From positions 1 to 64,000 of the forward strand of contig JAAPAO010000037.1 of NCBI GenBank assembly GCA_013115145.1: 64,000 nt of DNA. Reading direction: 5' to 3'. The position numbers and the translations under genes were made by a program. Below the pieces are notes generated by a model. It searched no databases and was not told the DNA's origin. It saw only the letters and a program-made list of their open reading frames with translations. This document shows, piece by piece, positions 24,801 to 37,877 of this stretch. The stretch comes from Perkinsus chesapeaki ATCC PRA-425 (taxonomy: Eukaryota; Protista; Perkinsozoa). Each line of letters starts with the position of its first letter. The stretch's first letter is position 1.

Positions 24801-26549
24801 ACTAGTACTACCCATACCTTGTTCCTTAACCATCTTATGGAAATCAAAGTCGATAATACTAAACACTCCATCATCAGCAAAATGTGACGCCTTCATTATC
24901 TCCTTTAAAGCATCAGTGAGCCTTTGTTCTTGTCCTATATAACCCATATAGTCTTTAATAATAATACCTTATTACCTTTTCCAGTAGCCAATAGGTTAAC
25001 AAATAGGCAGCCTTGTGGACCATACCTATCCATTATACCTTTAATATGTTTATCATAGGCAGATGCACTAAGGTTAGCATTCCTAGTAATATCAAGCTTC
25101 ATAGTGCCTATTAATAACCACTGCCATTATTACCACCACTATCCTTATTACTTCCCTGTTGTTGCCAGAATGCCGGTACTGACCCCCTTATTTGGGTATG
25201 GGCTGCTACTATCTCATTACCCTCTTTAATAACAAGCATCTCTGTCTCTACATAGTTAGCTACATGCCCTTCATCATCTATACCCCTATGATGGTATCTA
25301 ATACTATACAGTACCACCACCCTCATCCTTGTACCATTTACCATATTACCTAGTCCCTGACCTTTCACAACTCCTTCTGCCTATTAGCATAACATCGTAA
25401 CCATCAGCTACAGTACAAGGTCCACAAACAGAGCCCTATATAGTAAGTAGAACTTATTATAACCACCACCATTCTACCTGCATCAATGGTGTACACCATT
25501 CATCGAGATCAATACCATCTGTGGGTTGACCAATCATATTAGTTACCATAGCTCTATTCCAACAGTATAGAGGATCTGCTGTATCCCATATACCTATTGA
25601 AGCTATAAGGGGGTGACGGAGCAGTATCCAGCTACTACTGTGGTCACCGCCTTGGCCGCTACAGTAATGTTCGGCATGCCATTGCTGACCATGGGTTATA
25701 TCGTATGTGGGACAATAATAGAAACCACCACCAGAAAACAACCTGCCAATTATTAACCAAACACATCATCCTTAATATTACCTTTCAACCCTTTTAGATA
25801 TAATATCCGGTAGCATGTCCCCATCACTCTGTGGTACCATGGAAGGGATAGATGGCCCTACCATAGGGGCTACTGCTGATGGACCTTGCATGCCTGTTGC
25901 TTGTGATGATGGATTCTGCTGGCTTCTAGCCGGCTGACAGTACGGTATGATAGGATATAATAAGGCACAAGCAACCTACCCTATATGGTATACATTTAAC
26001 ATTTTGAACCTCCATTATAATATTCCCACCCGGTAGCTTGGCTACCGGGTTGGCCTCAGTACATGCTACAAGATATGATCTATTGGCGGTACGTGTTTTA
26101 CCATCAGTAGGGCATACCACCGTACCTTAACAGCCTAGGTATCCCGACCCTGCTATCCTATTCTATTACCTAATATAGCGGTTGCTTGTATCTCATCAAT
26201 AACCATATCCTTATGCCTCCCAGCCTGTACTACATGTACATTGCCCACCTTACGGTTGTCTAGCACTAAAGTGCCCTTATGGCTAGTACCATGCCTTATA
26301 ACCTAATATCAGTCTACCCTCTATAAGCCCCATTATTTAGCCCTACTATGCTTTTCTCGCATATAGCTATATTGTATCGATTGGTATGTGACTGTTTAGG
26401 GCCAGTACTAGTCGGAGCTATCTCCTCTGTCACTGGTGGCCAGCTAATGTCATTAATATCCTACCCTCGTTAATATTATATTACCCTCCTATTGCACCAG
26501 ACTCTGTGGCCTGTATTGACTCTGGCCAACTATCTGGAGTCCATTCCAT
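21876..26549 (-). CDS. Synaptojanin-like phosphoinositide phosphatase (Sac1 + inositol 5-phosphatase, Pro-rich tail); start uncertain
   Basis: Sac1: RGIDDEGHVANYVETE, QIRGSVPAFWQQ, catalytic RTNCLDCLDRTN. IPPc: GTWNIN, IGDFNFRL, FMPTYKY, PGWCDRIF, SSDHKPVSATF. Confidence 0.93.
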
Positions 26550-26767
26550 ACCACCAAGTCAAGCAACAACAAGGTAGCCTTCTTTCTTTCTTTGTAACGT
26601 CGTTTTGTAAAAAGCGCGCGCCCAATCCCGTAAAAAAAATTAAAAATCATGTTGTTATCTGGCATAGTGCAACACTGAATCAACCTGATATGAATCTTTC
26701 TAACCATCAAGTTTCATAAGATACTTAAACTCACTTTAGATGGCCTCTATTAGTAAGGTTCTGTCAT

Positions 26768-28163
26768 ATGCGTCCATTCATTATCACTATACTACCTATT
26801 ATTAAAGGAGAGGCACCATCGACCTATAGTCTATTACATGCTGGTCTAGAGCCTTTATTATCACATAATGAGGTTAGTACTGTGTATAGACAAGCTGCCA
26901 TCTTTGCCTCTAGATAGCAGCTTATGACACTATAGAGGTGGTCTTTGAAAAGTAGGGATATAGGTTATAAGGTTAAAGGGAAGGGCGGCGCCAGATTCCA
27001 GATATTCTGTCATGGTCGATGGCTTGGTGTACAAGTATTACAGAGCCCTAGTGATCTCATATATATGCAAAATGTAATGACTGAAGTCAGACCTGATGTC
27101 GTAATAGAGGCAGGTACCTATAAGGTAGGATACTATTGACCCACATGGTTGTAGGGGTGTGATATAGGGTGGGCTTACGGTATACCTAGCATCGGTATTA
27201 GAGGCATTAATGGACTCTCATGACGTATGGCAACCAAGTGTTATTAGTATAGACCGTAACCATCCTAGTGATGTACTAGAGTTAGTGTTAGTGGGTAGTG
27301 TATCTGTATGATAGGTCTATAATATGGAATGGTTCTGCCCTGTATGCGAGGAATGTGTTAAGTCATGGGAGACAGGTCTATGGCAAAGGTAAAAGTGGAT
27401 ATAGGGGGTAATAGCCAGGAGACATCGAGCCGATGAAGTATAAGAGGGTCTGAGTCTTGCTAGTGGCTTAGTTAAACACAGGGGAGGTGGGATCTAGCAA
27501 CAATCATAAATGCATGACCCATAACTATACGAATAGTATAGGAAGTAGAGGGGAGAGTTGAAAGTGTAGGAGAGATGGCTCCCTTAGGCGAGTGCACTTT
27601 ATACAGGGTTATAGTGATGAGGTTGATGTATGGTTAGAGGTAGATAGGGTACTTGGAGCTAAGCAGGGTACTATACCTCATAGGGATATTAAGGTAGTAA
27701 TCAGGGAGAGGAGTGGTATGACAATGGTATAGGTTGTGGTAACACTAGATGCATCACATGAAGCTGAGGGGGTATTAACAGAGCTCATCATGTATGCACC
27801 ATTAGTATCTATTAATAGCTATATAATAGTACAGGTAATGGGTATATATGAAGGAGGGTGTATTATACTCTGTAATAGGATGCTAGGCTAGATAGGTTAT
27901 GGAACAAACCAGCAGTATTCGCCGCTACTGCAGCCTTCTTGCAGTTTACTAGTGATTTTGAGTGGGATAGGACTGTAATAAAAGCATTGAGATAGGAAGG
28001 GTAATATAAGTCTAAGATACCGATATATGGCTCATCACAACATATGTACTTAAGGAGGGTCGCCACCGATCATCTTGGTAATGTAACAGATGGACAGGAA
28101 AAGGCAGCAGTTGGTAGGGTACTAGCAATCAAGGATGATTTCATGAGTCAATACAGTCGATAA
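26768..28163 (+). CDS. CmcI / cephalosporin hydroxylase / rhamnosyl O-methyltransferase-like SAM-dependent methyltransferase; start uncertain
   Basis: RWLGVQVLQSPSDLIYMQNVMTEVRPDVVIEAGTYKGG; VISIDR; VVVTLDASH; ELIMYAPLVSINSYIIVQD; HMYLRRV. Confidence 0.85.
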
Positions 28164-28212
28164 GTCCTTCAGTGTTGAGTTCAGTTGTGCTAACTCCTCT
28201 TAAAGTTGGTTT

Positions 28213-28632
28213 ATGCCATCTTCTCGCCGATCTACAGGTAGCTTCCTATGCTGCCTTTGTGGTTTTAAATGTCGATATGATTACCTTGGTCAATCACCAT
28301 CATACATCGACCCTAGTGATATGGTGTTCCTTGAAGAGGTATACTGCCTACAGTCCCCCTTTAGTGGAAGTAAATGTTCACTGTGTAATCTGTCCTATTA
28401 TTGTCCATTAGATACTGATTCCCCCGTTATCGTCCTTGGTAGTGATTGTTCCCAGTGTGGTAGGAAGGTATGTACAGATGGGGCATGCAGTGTGTTCTAT
28501 AAGGAAAGGTGATAGTCATACCGATCTTTGCCTTTAAATCAATACCGTAGGTTTTGCCGAGAATGCATCATGAAAGATTCCCACAAGCTCGGCTTGCCAT
28601 CACAGTTGTTAAAGTCAATGACCAAAGGATGA
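28213..28632 (+). CDS. CDPF1: Cysteine-rich DPF motif domain-containing protein 1 homolog
   Basis: FLCCLCGF..YDYLGQSP..MVFLEEVYCLQSPF..VLGSDCSQCGRKVCTDGACSVFYKERFCRECI. Confidence 0.88.
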
Positions 28633-28816
28633 ACCAAAAGCTGTATTCTGTAGTGGACTTTCATCAGGGAATGGGCCAGACTTGAGGCAGGGGGGCGTGG
28701 GGTGTGAAGGAGAGCTTCAGGAACTGCGTGTTTATTGCGTTTTTGAAGTGATGGCCAATATATGATTGCTGGTGTAGTTTGCATTATTGTTGTATTCGGC
28801 TGTGTTACTGGTATAG

Positions 28817-31800
28817 ATGTACTCAAGCAGTAATAGAGTAAGAGCTTATCATGGCAAAGGTAAAGGCCGTCATGGAGGAGGGGAAGGAGGGGAGCATCGT
28901 CATAATGAGGATCATCAAAATTATGATACAGTCTCATCACCTGTTGATGAGGATGCACCAAGAAGAGCTTATCATGGTAAAGGAGAGTCTCGTAGAGGTG
29001 GTGATCAAGAACAGCATCAACATCATAGTCATCATAATAGAGGATATTATGGGAAGGGACGGTATGGTAAAGGAAAGGGTAAAGGGCGACATGAGGTTAG
29101 TCAATATGATCCTGATTATGATAGAGGAGAATCATCGAGAAAGAAGGGAGGAGGAGGGACACAGAAGGTAGTAGTAGCCACCGCCTTGGGGCACTTTAAC
29201 AACGGCACTCAACAGCAGCGGTAGCAGGTGCTGGAAGTACCACCCCCGCTGTCCTTTGCTAGCAGTATAGTACTGGACGACCCTATTAAACCTAGTACGA
29301 TAGATCGTCTTGATGAAGAGTGTTCACTGTGCATGGAGAAATTGGTAGGATTAGTAATGTAGTTTTATCCCCTTCATCTTGTGTATTATTAGATCTATGT
29401 TGCAGTTGGACATTGTGGTCATCATAATGTATGTTGGTTATGTGCATTACGTCTACGGTGGCTTATGAATGACCGTGCCTGCCCTATGTGTAAAGAGGAC
29501 CTTAGTACTATAGTATTGGTTAATCGTAACCAATATGATCCAAAGCTTTCTATTGATGAGCTTATAACACCTAAAAAGGGTAGCAGGCTTGCTGTGATAA
29601 AGGATAAGGAGCAGCCTGATGTCTATTATGGTGATAAGCGGATACAGAAGATATGCTTTATGATTAGACAGTAAGGGCTATGATTCGAGGGAAGTGTGGT
29701 ATGAATATTAAGGTACCGTTGTGGCTTCTGTACTAACTGGGATGGCGACGGAACTACTGAGGCTGAAAGGGAGGATAAATGGGTACCTACCGATAGAACT
29801 CGATCGTGATAATGATACCATCTATAGGCTTTCCACACACTTGGTGATCTACGCACTCATTTGAAGAAGCAGCACTCTAGAGATTTCTGTACAATATGCC
29901 TTAATGAGAGGGAAGTCTTTATACTGGAACAGTATCTTTATAGCACGTAGGCAGCAAAGCAGGAAGGTCAAGTTGGTAATAGGAATTATAGATACAATCA
30001 TGGTGCGGATATCGATCGACATTGCCGACATGGAGACCCTGACCTCCGTCCACCAATTGAAGATCACCCCTCTTGTCAATTCTGTAACCCTTCCGGAAGG
30101 AATGATCGACGCTTCTACTCGGCTGACCAGCTGAAGACCCATATGAGGAAGAATCACTTTACTTGTCATCTCTGTGAAAGTATGGGATGGCGTAATGAAT
30201 ATTATAAGGATTATTTCGCATTGTAATAGTATAACTTACTGACACTTCTAGCTTAGATTAGGTATGCGCATTTTTCTGCTGCACACTATCCTTGTGAACA
30301 CAATGAATGCCTAGCAAAGAGGTTTGTAGTGTTTAAGACAGATGATGATCTTAAGATACATGAGATGACTGAGCATACTAACTTCGGAGGTACTGCCTGC
30401 TCCTATCCTCCATGTCCGATGGCCATAGGAATGTCTTCTTCCTAGTTATGTCCAGGGCCGAGAGGAGGGCTAATTTAAGGCTCGACTTTGGTACTAGTGG
30501 GGGAAGGTCTCGTAAACCAGGACAAAGGGATGATAACCCTAACCCGGAGACTGTAGAAAACTATAAGGTAGTAGGAAGTATGGCTTAGGTTGGGAACTTA
30601 TGGGTTAGGTTAAGTTCTGTAAGCCTCCTCGACAGTTTTATAATGGTCCAGATGAGAATACTGCTCTGGGACAGGTAGGTTGGTGATGCTTGTTGTTGTT
30701 GTTGTGGTGGGTAGTAGTTGGCATTTGATAGGAGTATGCTGCATTAAATGCTGTAACATCTGATGAGGAGGATGACCAACATGAGGCATCTGACCCTAAG
30801 AAGATAAAGGAGAGGTATCCAGCACGTAGGGATGGTCATAGGTAATAACCATGGAAGGGTGAATGGGGACAGATTGTGTGCAGGTATGATCCTAAATGGC
30901 ATGGTGATATACCAGACCCACATTTACCGAAAATACGTACAGCATCAGCAGCAGCAGTAGCAATGGAGTATGGTACTGAGGATGAGGATAATGAGGTATT
31001 AATGGTATTGGTTGGTCGATAAAGGTTTGTTAGGAGCCTGATGCTGTAGTGGAGGAGGGAGCACCGTCTCTAACAGATGAGGATGATCTTATGGAGAGAG
31101 GAAGGAGGGTACTAACAGCAGAGGTAGGTGTCATATTTTTGATGAGTAGAGAAGGGAGCGGTATGAACTGTTAGGCCCAACGGATAGTTGAGGAGGATCC
31201 CGAGGGGCTTGGACGAGTTAATGGCCCAGCATTTAAGAATAAGAATGCAGAGTTGATGAAGGCATGCAGGAAGGCTATTGGTAATATATGAAAGGGTATA
31301 GGATACGATTTGAGAGGTACTTAGGTGATACTAGTCTACATGAGCTCAAGGATGCAGCTCTGAGCATGCGTAAGGAGCAGACCGATGAGTCACTTGATTA
31401 CTTTGTCGAGACTGCAGCTGATGTAATAGTTAGGGATACGTATACTGTACAATGTTGTATCAGGTATTCAGTCTAGCTGAAGGAGGTATGCAACAAGGTG
31501 CTCGCCTATTCGCTGCCATGGTACTATTATTGCCTATAAAGGGCCTGAGGGATAGGCTGGTAGGGAGGAGGGGTGGTAGGAGTTATTATGGCCTCCTCTA
31601 GGTTGGGAGGATGGAAGAGTACGCCGGTGATGCTATATTACAATCGGCTATAATAGCAGAGAGGAAGGCAAGGAGTGTGTCACCAGAGCCTAGGAGTTCA
31701 GCTAGTGTTGCTACTAGTAGGGCATCCTCACAGCCACCACCTAAGGTTCAGGTAGCACTGCCGTTCCTAGTGTTGGCAGGTATAGGTCGCTTTCAGTTAC

Positions 31801-33239
31801 CTGAGACTACGGTACCGATACCTGATGGTCTGCTAGCAGGACCACATAAGCGTCCTAGTTTCATTAAAGCCCTAATGGCTGTACTAGATGCTGATCTGGG
31901 GGATGTTGATGAAGCTATACCACCTAAACATTATAAGTAAGGGTTATCTTATAGGGTTATAATAGTTTGATAGTAGCTCCTCCTTCTCCTTCACTTTAGT
32001 AAACTAGTGCAGAGTGTACAGCAAATAGATGGTATTCAAACCGATACCTTGGCTGAGATGAGAAATCAGCTTCTAGCAGTTGTCGGGTCTAGGAAGGATC
32101 TATCCTGGGCTAATGCTGATATGGTAGGTCACGTCATTGCCATCGGGGAGGATTTGGAATGTCTTGTCCTCTTCAGGTCATCGGCCTCCGTCCCTTAGCA
32201 TATCGTTTGCTTACACCTCGGCCAACCATTCAAGCTTCATCTAATGAGGATGGTGATGATGAGGACTATGAGTATGTAGACCCTGCTCAGAGGAGAGAGA
32301 AGGAGGAGGCAGAGGCAGCATCAGCGGCTCAACTACAAAAGGGATGGGATGAGTTTGTCCAGCAAGCCAGGAGAGTCCTTCACGAGCGCTTCAACATGCT
32401 AGAGCTCTGCTATATGTCAACGTAATCCCCTTCCTGGTAGTGGGAGCTGCTGCCTTGCTAGGCTGTCGATTAGGTACATTCATCTGGCAGCTGGTCGACT
32501 ACAAAACAGAGGCATTGAGAGGGGTGTAGATGATCCATATTCATACCAAGAATTCCCTCTACTGCCGGGGAGTAAGCCTACAATGGGGGGGCATAGCTAC
32601 TCTCAGAAGGCAGCACAGGCTAAGAGAGGGCCAGAGTACCCGTCATTGGTAAGGAGTGGAGTATCTTAGCCATCAGGAGGGTGAGCTTAGGCTGCGGCAC
32701 ATCCAGCAACAACAGCAACAACAAGCAGCTCATCAAGGCAGCGAGGACTATGGGCTACTCGTAATCCAGAGAGATTAGCAGACCCGAACGCCTTCCCAGA
32801 GCTACCTAAGATACAGCCCAAACCTAAGTGAGTAGCAAAGGAGGACTGTTGAGGGTTAAGGTGTTATTAGGACATCACAGTGGAATGCCGGAGGGAAGGC
32901 TAGGAAGGATATAGAGAGGATTAAGGGACTTGAGAGGAGGTGGATAGCTGCTGACAATAGTTTATTATACTGTCATCATTTAGGTACCCTCTATTAGTTA
33001 GACCAACAGCTAATGCCCCTGCTAAGTCCAGTCATGAACCACAGTTACCTGGTTGGACATGCCCTCACTGTGAGACACATAATGAGCCTCAAATTGACAC
33101 CTGCATTAAGTGTGGGTTAAAGATGCTTATGAAGAAGAGTGTTGGAGGAGGAGGGCCAGGGGATGGTGGATCTGGAGGGAGTAAAGGAGGCAAGAGGAAG
33201 AAGGCTAGTGCAGCAGATAGGGCTATGGGACGATTTTGA
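28817..33239 (+). CDS. ZNF598: E3 ubiquitin ligase ZNF598/Hel2 homolog (ribosome quality control) with C-terminal RanBP2-type Zn finger
   Basis: RING CSLC..GHCGHHNVCWLCALRLR..CPMCK. C2H2 array (LRTHLKKQH..FCTICL, HPSCQFC, HMRKNHFTCHLC, HYPCEHNEC..FVVF..LKIHEMTEH). C-terminal WTCPHCETHNEPQIDTCIKCG. Confidence 0.9.
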
Positions 33240-33707
33240 TACGTACCCTACAAGCAGCAGCTCCATCTAGCAGTTATTATTGCCTTTCATTTATCAGCAT
33301 AAAGCTAGTAGCATACAACAGCTGGCTGGCTGCTGCTGCTGCCCATAAGGATCAATATCCTATTGGTATCCTTGTTGTTGTTGTTGTTGTTGCTGCTGAT
33401 ACCTTAATCACTGTTGATTGTTACCTTAATATACATTGGTTTCATCATAGTTACTATTATCGACTGCTTTCCTATTCCTTATACCAAGGTGGTGCTGGTG
33501 TTGAGTCATAGTAAACAGGGAAATACTACAGCTTAAAGGGACAACAATCTCCAGCGTTATATTGAACCACCACCACTATCATTAGGCAGAGGCTGGTCCT
33601 CCTCACATCCACTGGTCCTCTGCGTTCGATGAATATATATTACGCATCTAGCTTGCTTTTCCCTCTTCGTGGTCATCATAATACCGGCCGTAAACTCAGA
33701 TAAGACC

Positions 33708-36675
33708 ATGAACAACAAGTCTGTTGCTACTGTAGCATCAGCAGCAGCAGCCTCTAATATAGGAGGGAGGCTGTGTAAGATAGTCCTTACTGGAGGACCG
33801 GGTGGAGGGAAATCAACAGCACTAACGAAGCTAAGAAATAGGCTGGTACATAGAGGACTGCAAGTAAGGAGAAAGAACAGCAGTGATAGGAAAGGGACAG
33901 TTTTTGTGTGCAGGTGACTTTAATAGGGGAGAATGCAACTCCGTTAATAGAGAGGATGGGCGGTTATGAGCCTGTATGGAGGCATACGTGGAAGCATGTA
34001 GAGTTTCAAAGGATTATGCTAAAGTAGAGCTGACGTGGAGTGTCGGTTAGAGTAGGCTGCTGATGTGTTAGGGCACAGATAGAACAGGAGGACAATATAA
34101 TGTCATTGTGCCGTCTAAGGGATGATGATAGGGTTATTATATTAGATAGAGGTAAACGGGGAAAAGGGATGGGATATGTTACATGCACTTCAGGTGCCTT
34201 CGATGGTAGAACTTTTTGTACTGAGGATGAATGGGAGCAAGTTAGGAACTCTAATAACATCTTTACTGACCAAGAGCTCTTTGACAGGTATCCTCTCTCC
34301 CGCCTATTCCCTTAATATTATTATTATTTAGATATGATGTTGTTATCCATATGACATCAGCTGCAGTGGATCGTCCACAATTGTGAGGATGCTTGATGCT
34401 ATGCATACCGCCGAGAAGTCATCTTTTATTTAGTTATTCCTTTGGAGAAGGCAGCTCTAATGAGTCCCGTTTTCATACACCCTCCCAGGTAAGCAACACC
34501 GAGCCTGATCCTATTTAACTGCCACCCCGCAGGCTGCCGCTGCTGATAAGCTAGGCCGTGAATTTGTAACACATACTGGCAAGAATGTCTTTGTAGTGGA
34601 TACCAAGGAGAACTTTGATGATAAAGTTGAAGAGGTGGCAGTGGCTGCTGCTGCTGCTGGGTGGTATAGGTTGATTGTCAGGTATTCCGATGCGTGCAGC
34701 GTGCTATATCTAGACTATGGGGACCAGCTGTTGTGGAGGGTCTAAGTACGAAGAGAGTACAGTAAGTTATAGTAGTGGGTAAGGATTATTATGATGCTTT
34801 CATGACAGGCATAAGGTGAAGGTGCTGAAGTCTTGGGAGCAGATATGTAGGCTACCGGAGGTCTCTGCTGGATCTAAGGAGGCTGCTAAGGTGTGTACTG
34901 GGTCTATAATAGTATATATAAAGATACAGTATGAATCTATAGTAGTATGCACTGCGCAGCGTACTACTAGTGTGATGTTGTCTGTGGATATAGGGATAAC
35001 TAAGCTGGGTTGTTAATCCTACATGAGTATCCTAGATTTGCATCCCCTGTGCATAGCAGGTATGTCCTCAAGGTTTCAGACCCAATTCTCTCGTCGCTCG
35101 TGAGAAACTGGAAAATTGTGCACAATATGCCCAACGTATTCCCGCAGCTTAGAGTCGCACGCAGTAACATTTTTCGTGCACTTTAAGCGTTTGTTGCCGT
35201 GAATATGTTGCGGAGAGTGCAGTCCATATAGTCGCTGCTATACTATACTGAACACCTGCATTTTGTATACATCATTAGGCGGCATACATCAGCGAGATAA
35301 CTTACCTTAATAAAGATCAGACAAGATGGGTTAGACGCTGGAGGAAGATAGATAGTATAATAGAGTTGGACCATAAGACACCAGAAGAGCTGATGATGTA
35401 GGGCTATTATTAATGGTATAATGTGATGATGACAATGATGCTTTAGGAGGTTCCCTTCACTTGAAGATGAGCGTCTATTGCCCCAAGGTGATAGTTCGGA
35501 GGATAGAAGTAAAATGGAGTCATCTGTGGAGACTGTACGCTGCTAATGCAGGCCTTGGAGGAGGATGATGATGTCTAGCTGTCATTTAGGTTATTAATGA
35601 TAGCGGCGAGAAGGGCCCCAAAAGGATGGCAAACCTTACTGTTGATGCGTATGTAAAAAGCATTGAGGAGCTGTATAGGAGTGGTCCTTATGTTTGCAGG
35701 TATGAGAGAGCAATAAGGGAGTATGAGGCAGAGAGGGCAATGTATCCAGAAGGGGACTTCCCAAAACAGATTCTAAAGAGACAGGTCTCCTATGAGACCA
35801 AGTATAAGGATGGCAAAGTTGGGTAGGTTATAATGGCGTAGTGCCGTACTGCTGCCTATCATTTAATACTATCAGTTACATCACATTAAAAGCATATTCG
35901 GGGCTTGATGGGTCACCTTGCCCGGGCTATGAAAGTGAGCTACACTCAGTCAGGCTCTTACTTCATATCTGTTGTCTTTCAGATGTATGGGTATTAGATA
36001 TGGAGGATCCTGCTGGCCATGACTGTGATATGCGATCTGTCATGCCTAGCTTTGTGGAGCCTGTCCCCGAGGCTCTGGTTAATAGTCCATCACCATCGGA
36101 GAGGACGTCATACACATCTACGCCTCCTACTGTTAAAATTGTACCCACTACAACGGATATCTCCTCCATTAGTGCCCTATCAGGATGCATTCCACCAGCG
36201 CCGCCGGAAGGGCAGTGACATGATGATAGACTCGAGTCCAGTGAAGCCCCTCATACTACAGACTGCGGGAGTGAGTACAACAACAGCAACAAGAGTAGCT
36301 GGCAAAGAGAAGCGGCAGCACTCGACAAATGGTAGGGTTGAAGGTTGAAGTCTTCGGCTCTATACGTCTTGTTCAGCGAAGCTACCGAAGTCCAAGTTGG
36401 TGCTGTGCCATCATCCGACCGCTGATGCTGCTGCTGCCCAATTCACCGGGTCTGCTGCTGCTGCTGCTGCCCAATTCACCGGGTCTGCTGCTGCTGCTGC
36501 TGCCCAATTCACCGGGTCTGCTGCTGATGCTGCTGCTGTCGCACCTATAAAGCGTGGACGGGAAGGGGAAGGGGAGACCGAAGGGCCGATGAAGGTTAAC
36601 AAGAAGGCAGAACATTTGAATGAGAACTCCTCTACATCCAGCAACTCTAGACTCAATAGACCGTTAATGAATTAG
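33708..36675 (+). CDS. TTD14-like protein: AAA_28/NadR-like P-loop NTPase plus degenerate CYTH-like domain
   Basis: KIVLTGGPGGGKST; VIILDRGAFDG; LFDRYDVVIHMTSAA. Downstream exons (EITYLNKDQTRWVRR, KQILKRQVSY, MPSFVE) follow the TTD14 C-terminal layout. Low-complexity tail. Confidence 0.65.
36421..36525 (+). repeat. 33-bp coding minisatellite x3 encoding (AAAAAAQFTGS)
   Basis: gcccaattcaccgggtct at 36436, 36469 and 36502, separated by GCT runs. Confidence 0.95.
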
Positions 36676-36854
36676 ATTATGTGATATCATTATTAGCTAT
36701 CTGCAATAACAATAACAACAACCCGTACAGTGATGATTCTTTATATCAATAGTGTCATTCAAACGTGCTTAAGTTATGTTATCAAATCATCTTCATCTTG
36801 CGTTGTGGCCTTGATCATTATTCTCATCTCAGCAGCTGCAGCAGCAGCAGCCTT

Positions 36855-37788
36855 ATGTCAAGCTCCCAAGCTAATAGCACTCCCACTAGAGGGGATGATG
36901 ATGTTGATATGATGGGGGGTGATGATGCAGATATTAACCAGAATGGAGAGGAAGAGCCGACAGCGAATGATGATGATAATCAGGAGGCAGCACAAGAGGA
37001 GGCTACTGCAGCTGCTCCTCAACCGCCCAAGCGGAAAGTAGGCAACCTGGCGGAGGCTTGGTTAACTATTGTTGTTGATCAAGGCTAATCGTCGACCAAA
37101 GCTTACTGCTGATAGACTGTTGGATGATGAATACGGTTTGAAGTGTTTGATGCAGGACTTTGAGAAATCTTTTAAAATAACTGGGGATACCATAAGGGCA
37201 AGTCGTGAACCCTCCTATTTCATATTGCTGAGGCCCCTCCTCCTATAGGATCTCGATACAGTGATTCTGAACTATGGTGCATGGGCTGGCCGACTTTATC
37301 CCTACGGTATGCCCCTAGCTGACTTTGCTAGGACCTGTGAGACAGAGCTCTATCCGGAAATTAAACGGGTAACTCCACAGAGCCAGTACCATCGCTATTA
37401 CCTCCCCTCAGCGGCGTATTTATGACTTTCGACTCGACTACGTTACAAGAAAGGGACGGTTTGGTCCTGTGAAAGAGGAGGATGGCAAGGCTACAGGCAG
37501 TGAAGCTGGGGCATCATCATCATGCCCTGCTGAGAAGGAGGTGACGAGATCTCACGGTTATCGCTGTGGGCATGCCAGTTGTTGTTTTCCTAGGAGACTC
37601 GTCCTGCAACCACGAGCGATGAGAGCTCCCCATCAAAAGCATCTAAACTAAGCCCAGAGGAGATGCGGCTGAGAATGGAAGCCAATAGGCTCAAGGCTTT
37701 AGAAAAGAGGAGGTTAAAGGAACAACAAGCAGCAGCAGCGACATCAGAGGCAGCAGCAGACGGAGGGACAGAGGAGCAGGCGGCATGA
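36855..37788 (+). CDS. TIPIN: TIPIN/Swi3/Csm3 replication fork protection complex subunit
   Basis: RRPKLTADRLL..GLKCL..DLDTVILNYGAWAGRLYP..DF. C-terminal RPA32-binding-like LSPEEMRLRMEANRLKALEKRR. Confidence 0.85.
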
Positions 37789-37877
37789 TAAATGAATTTA
37801 ACTATTATATTTCCACTGCACACCAGTCTTGTGTTTAGTGGCAGATGAGTAATAAGCTTATAGGAGCTTCTAGTCTC

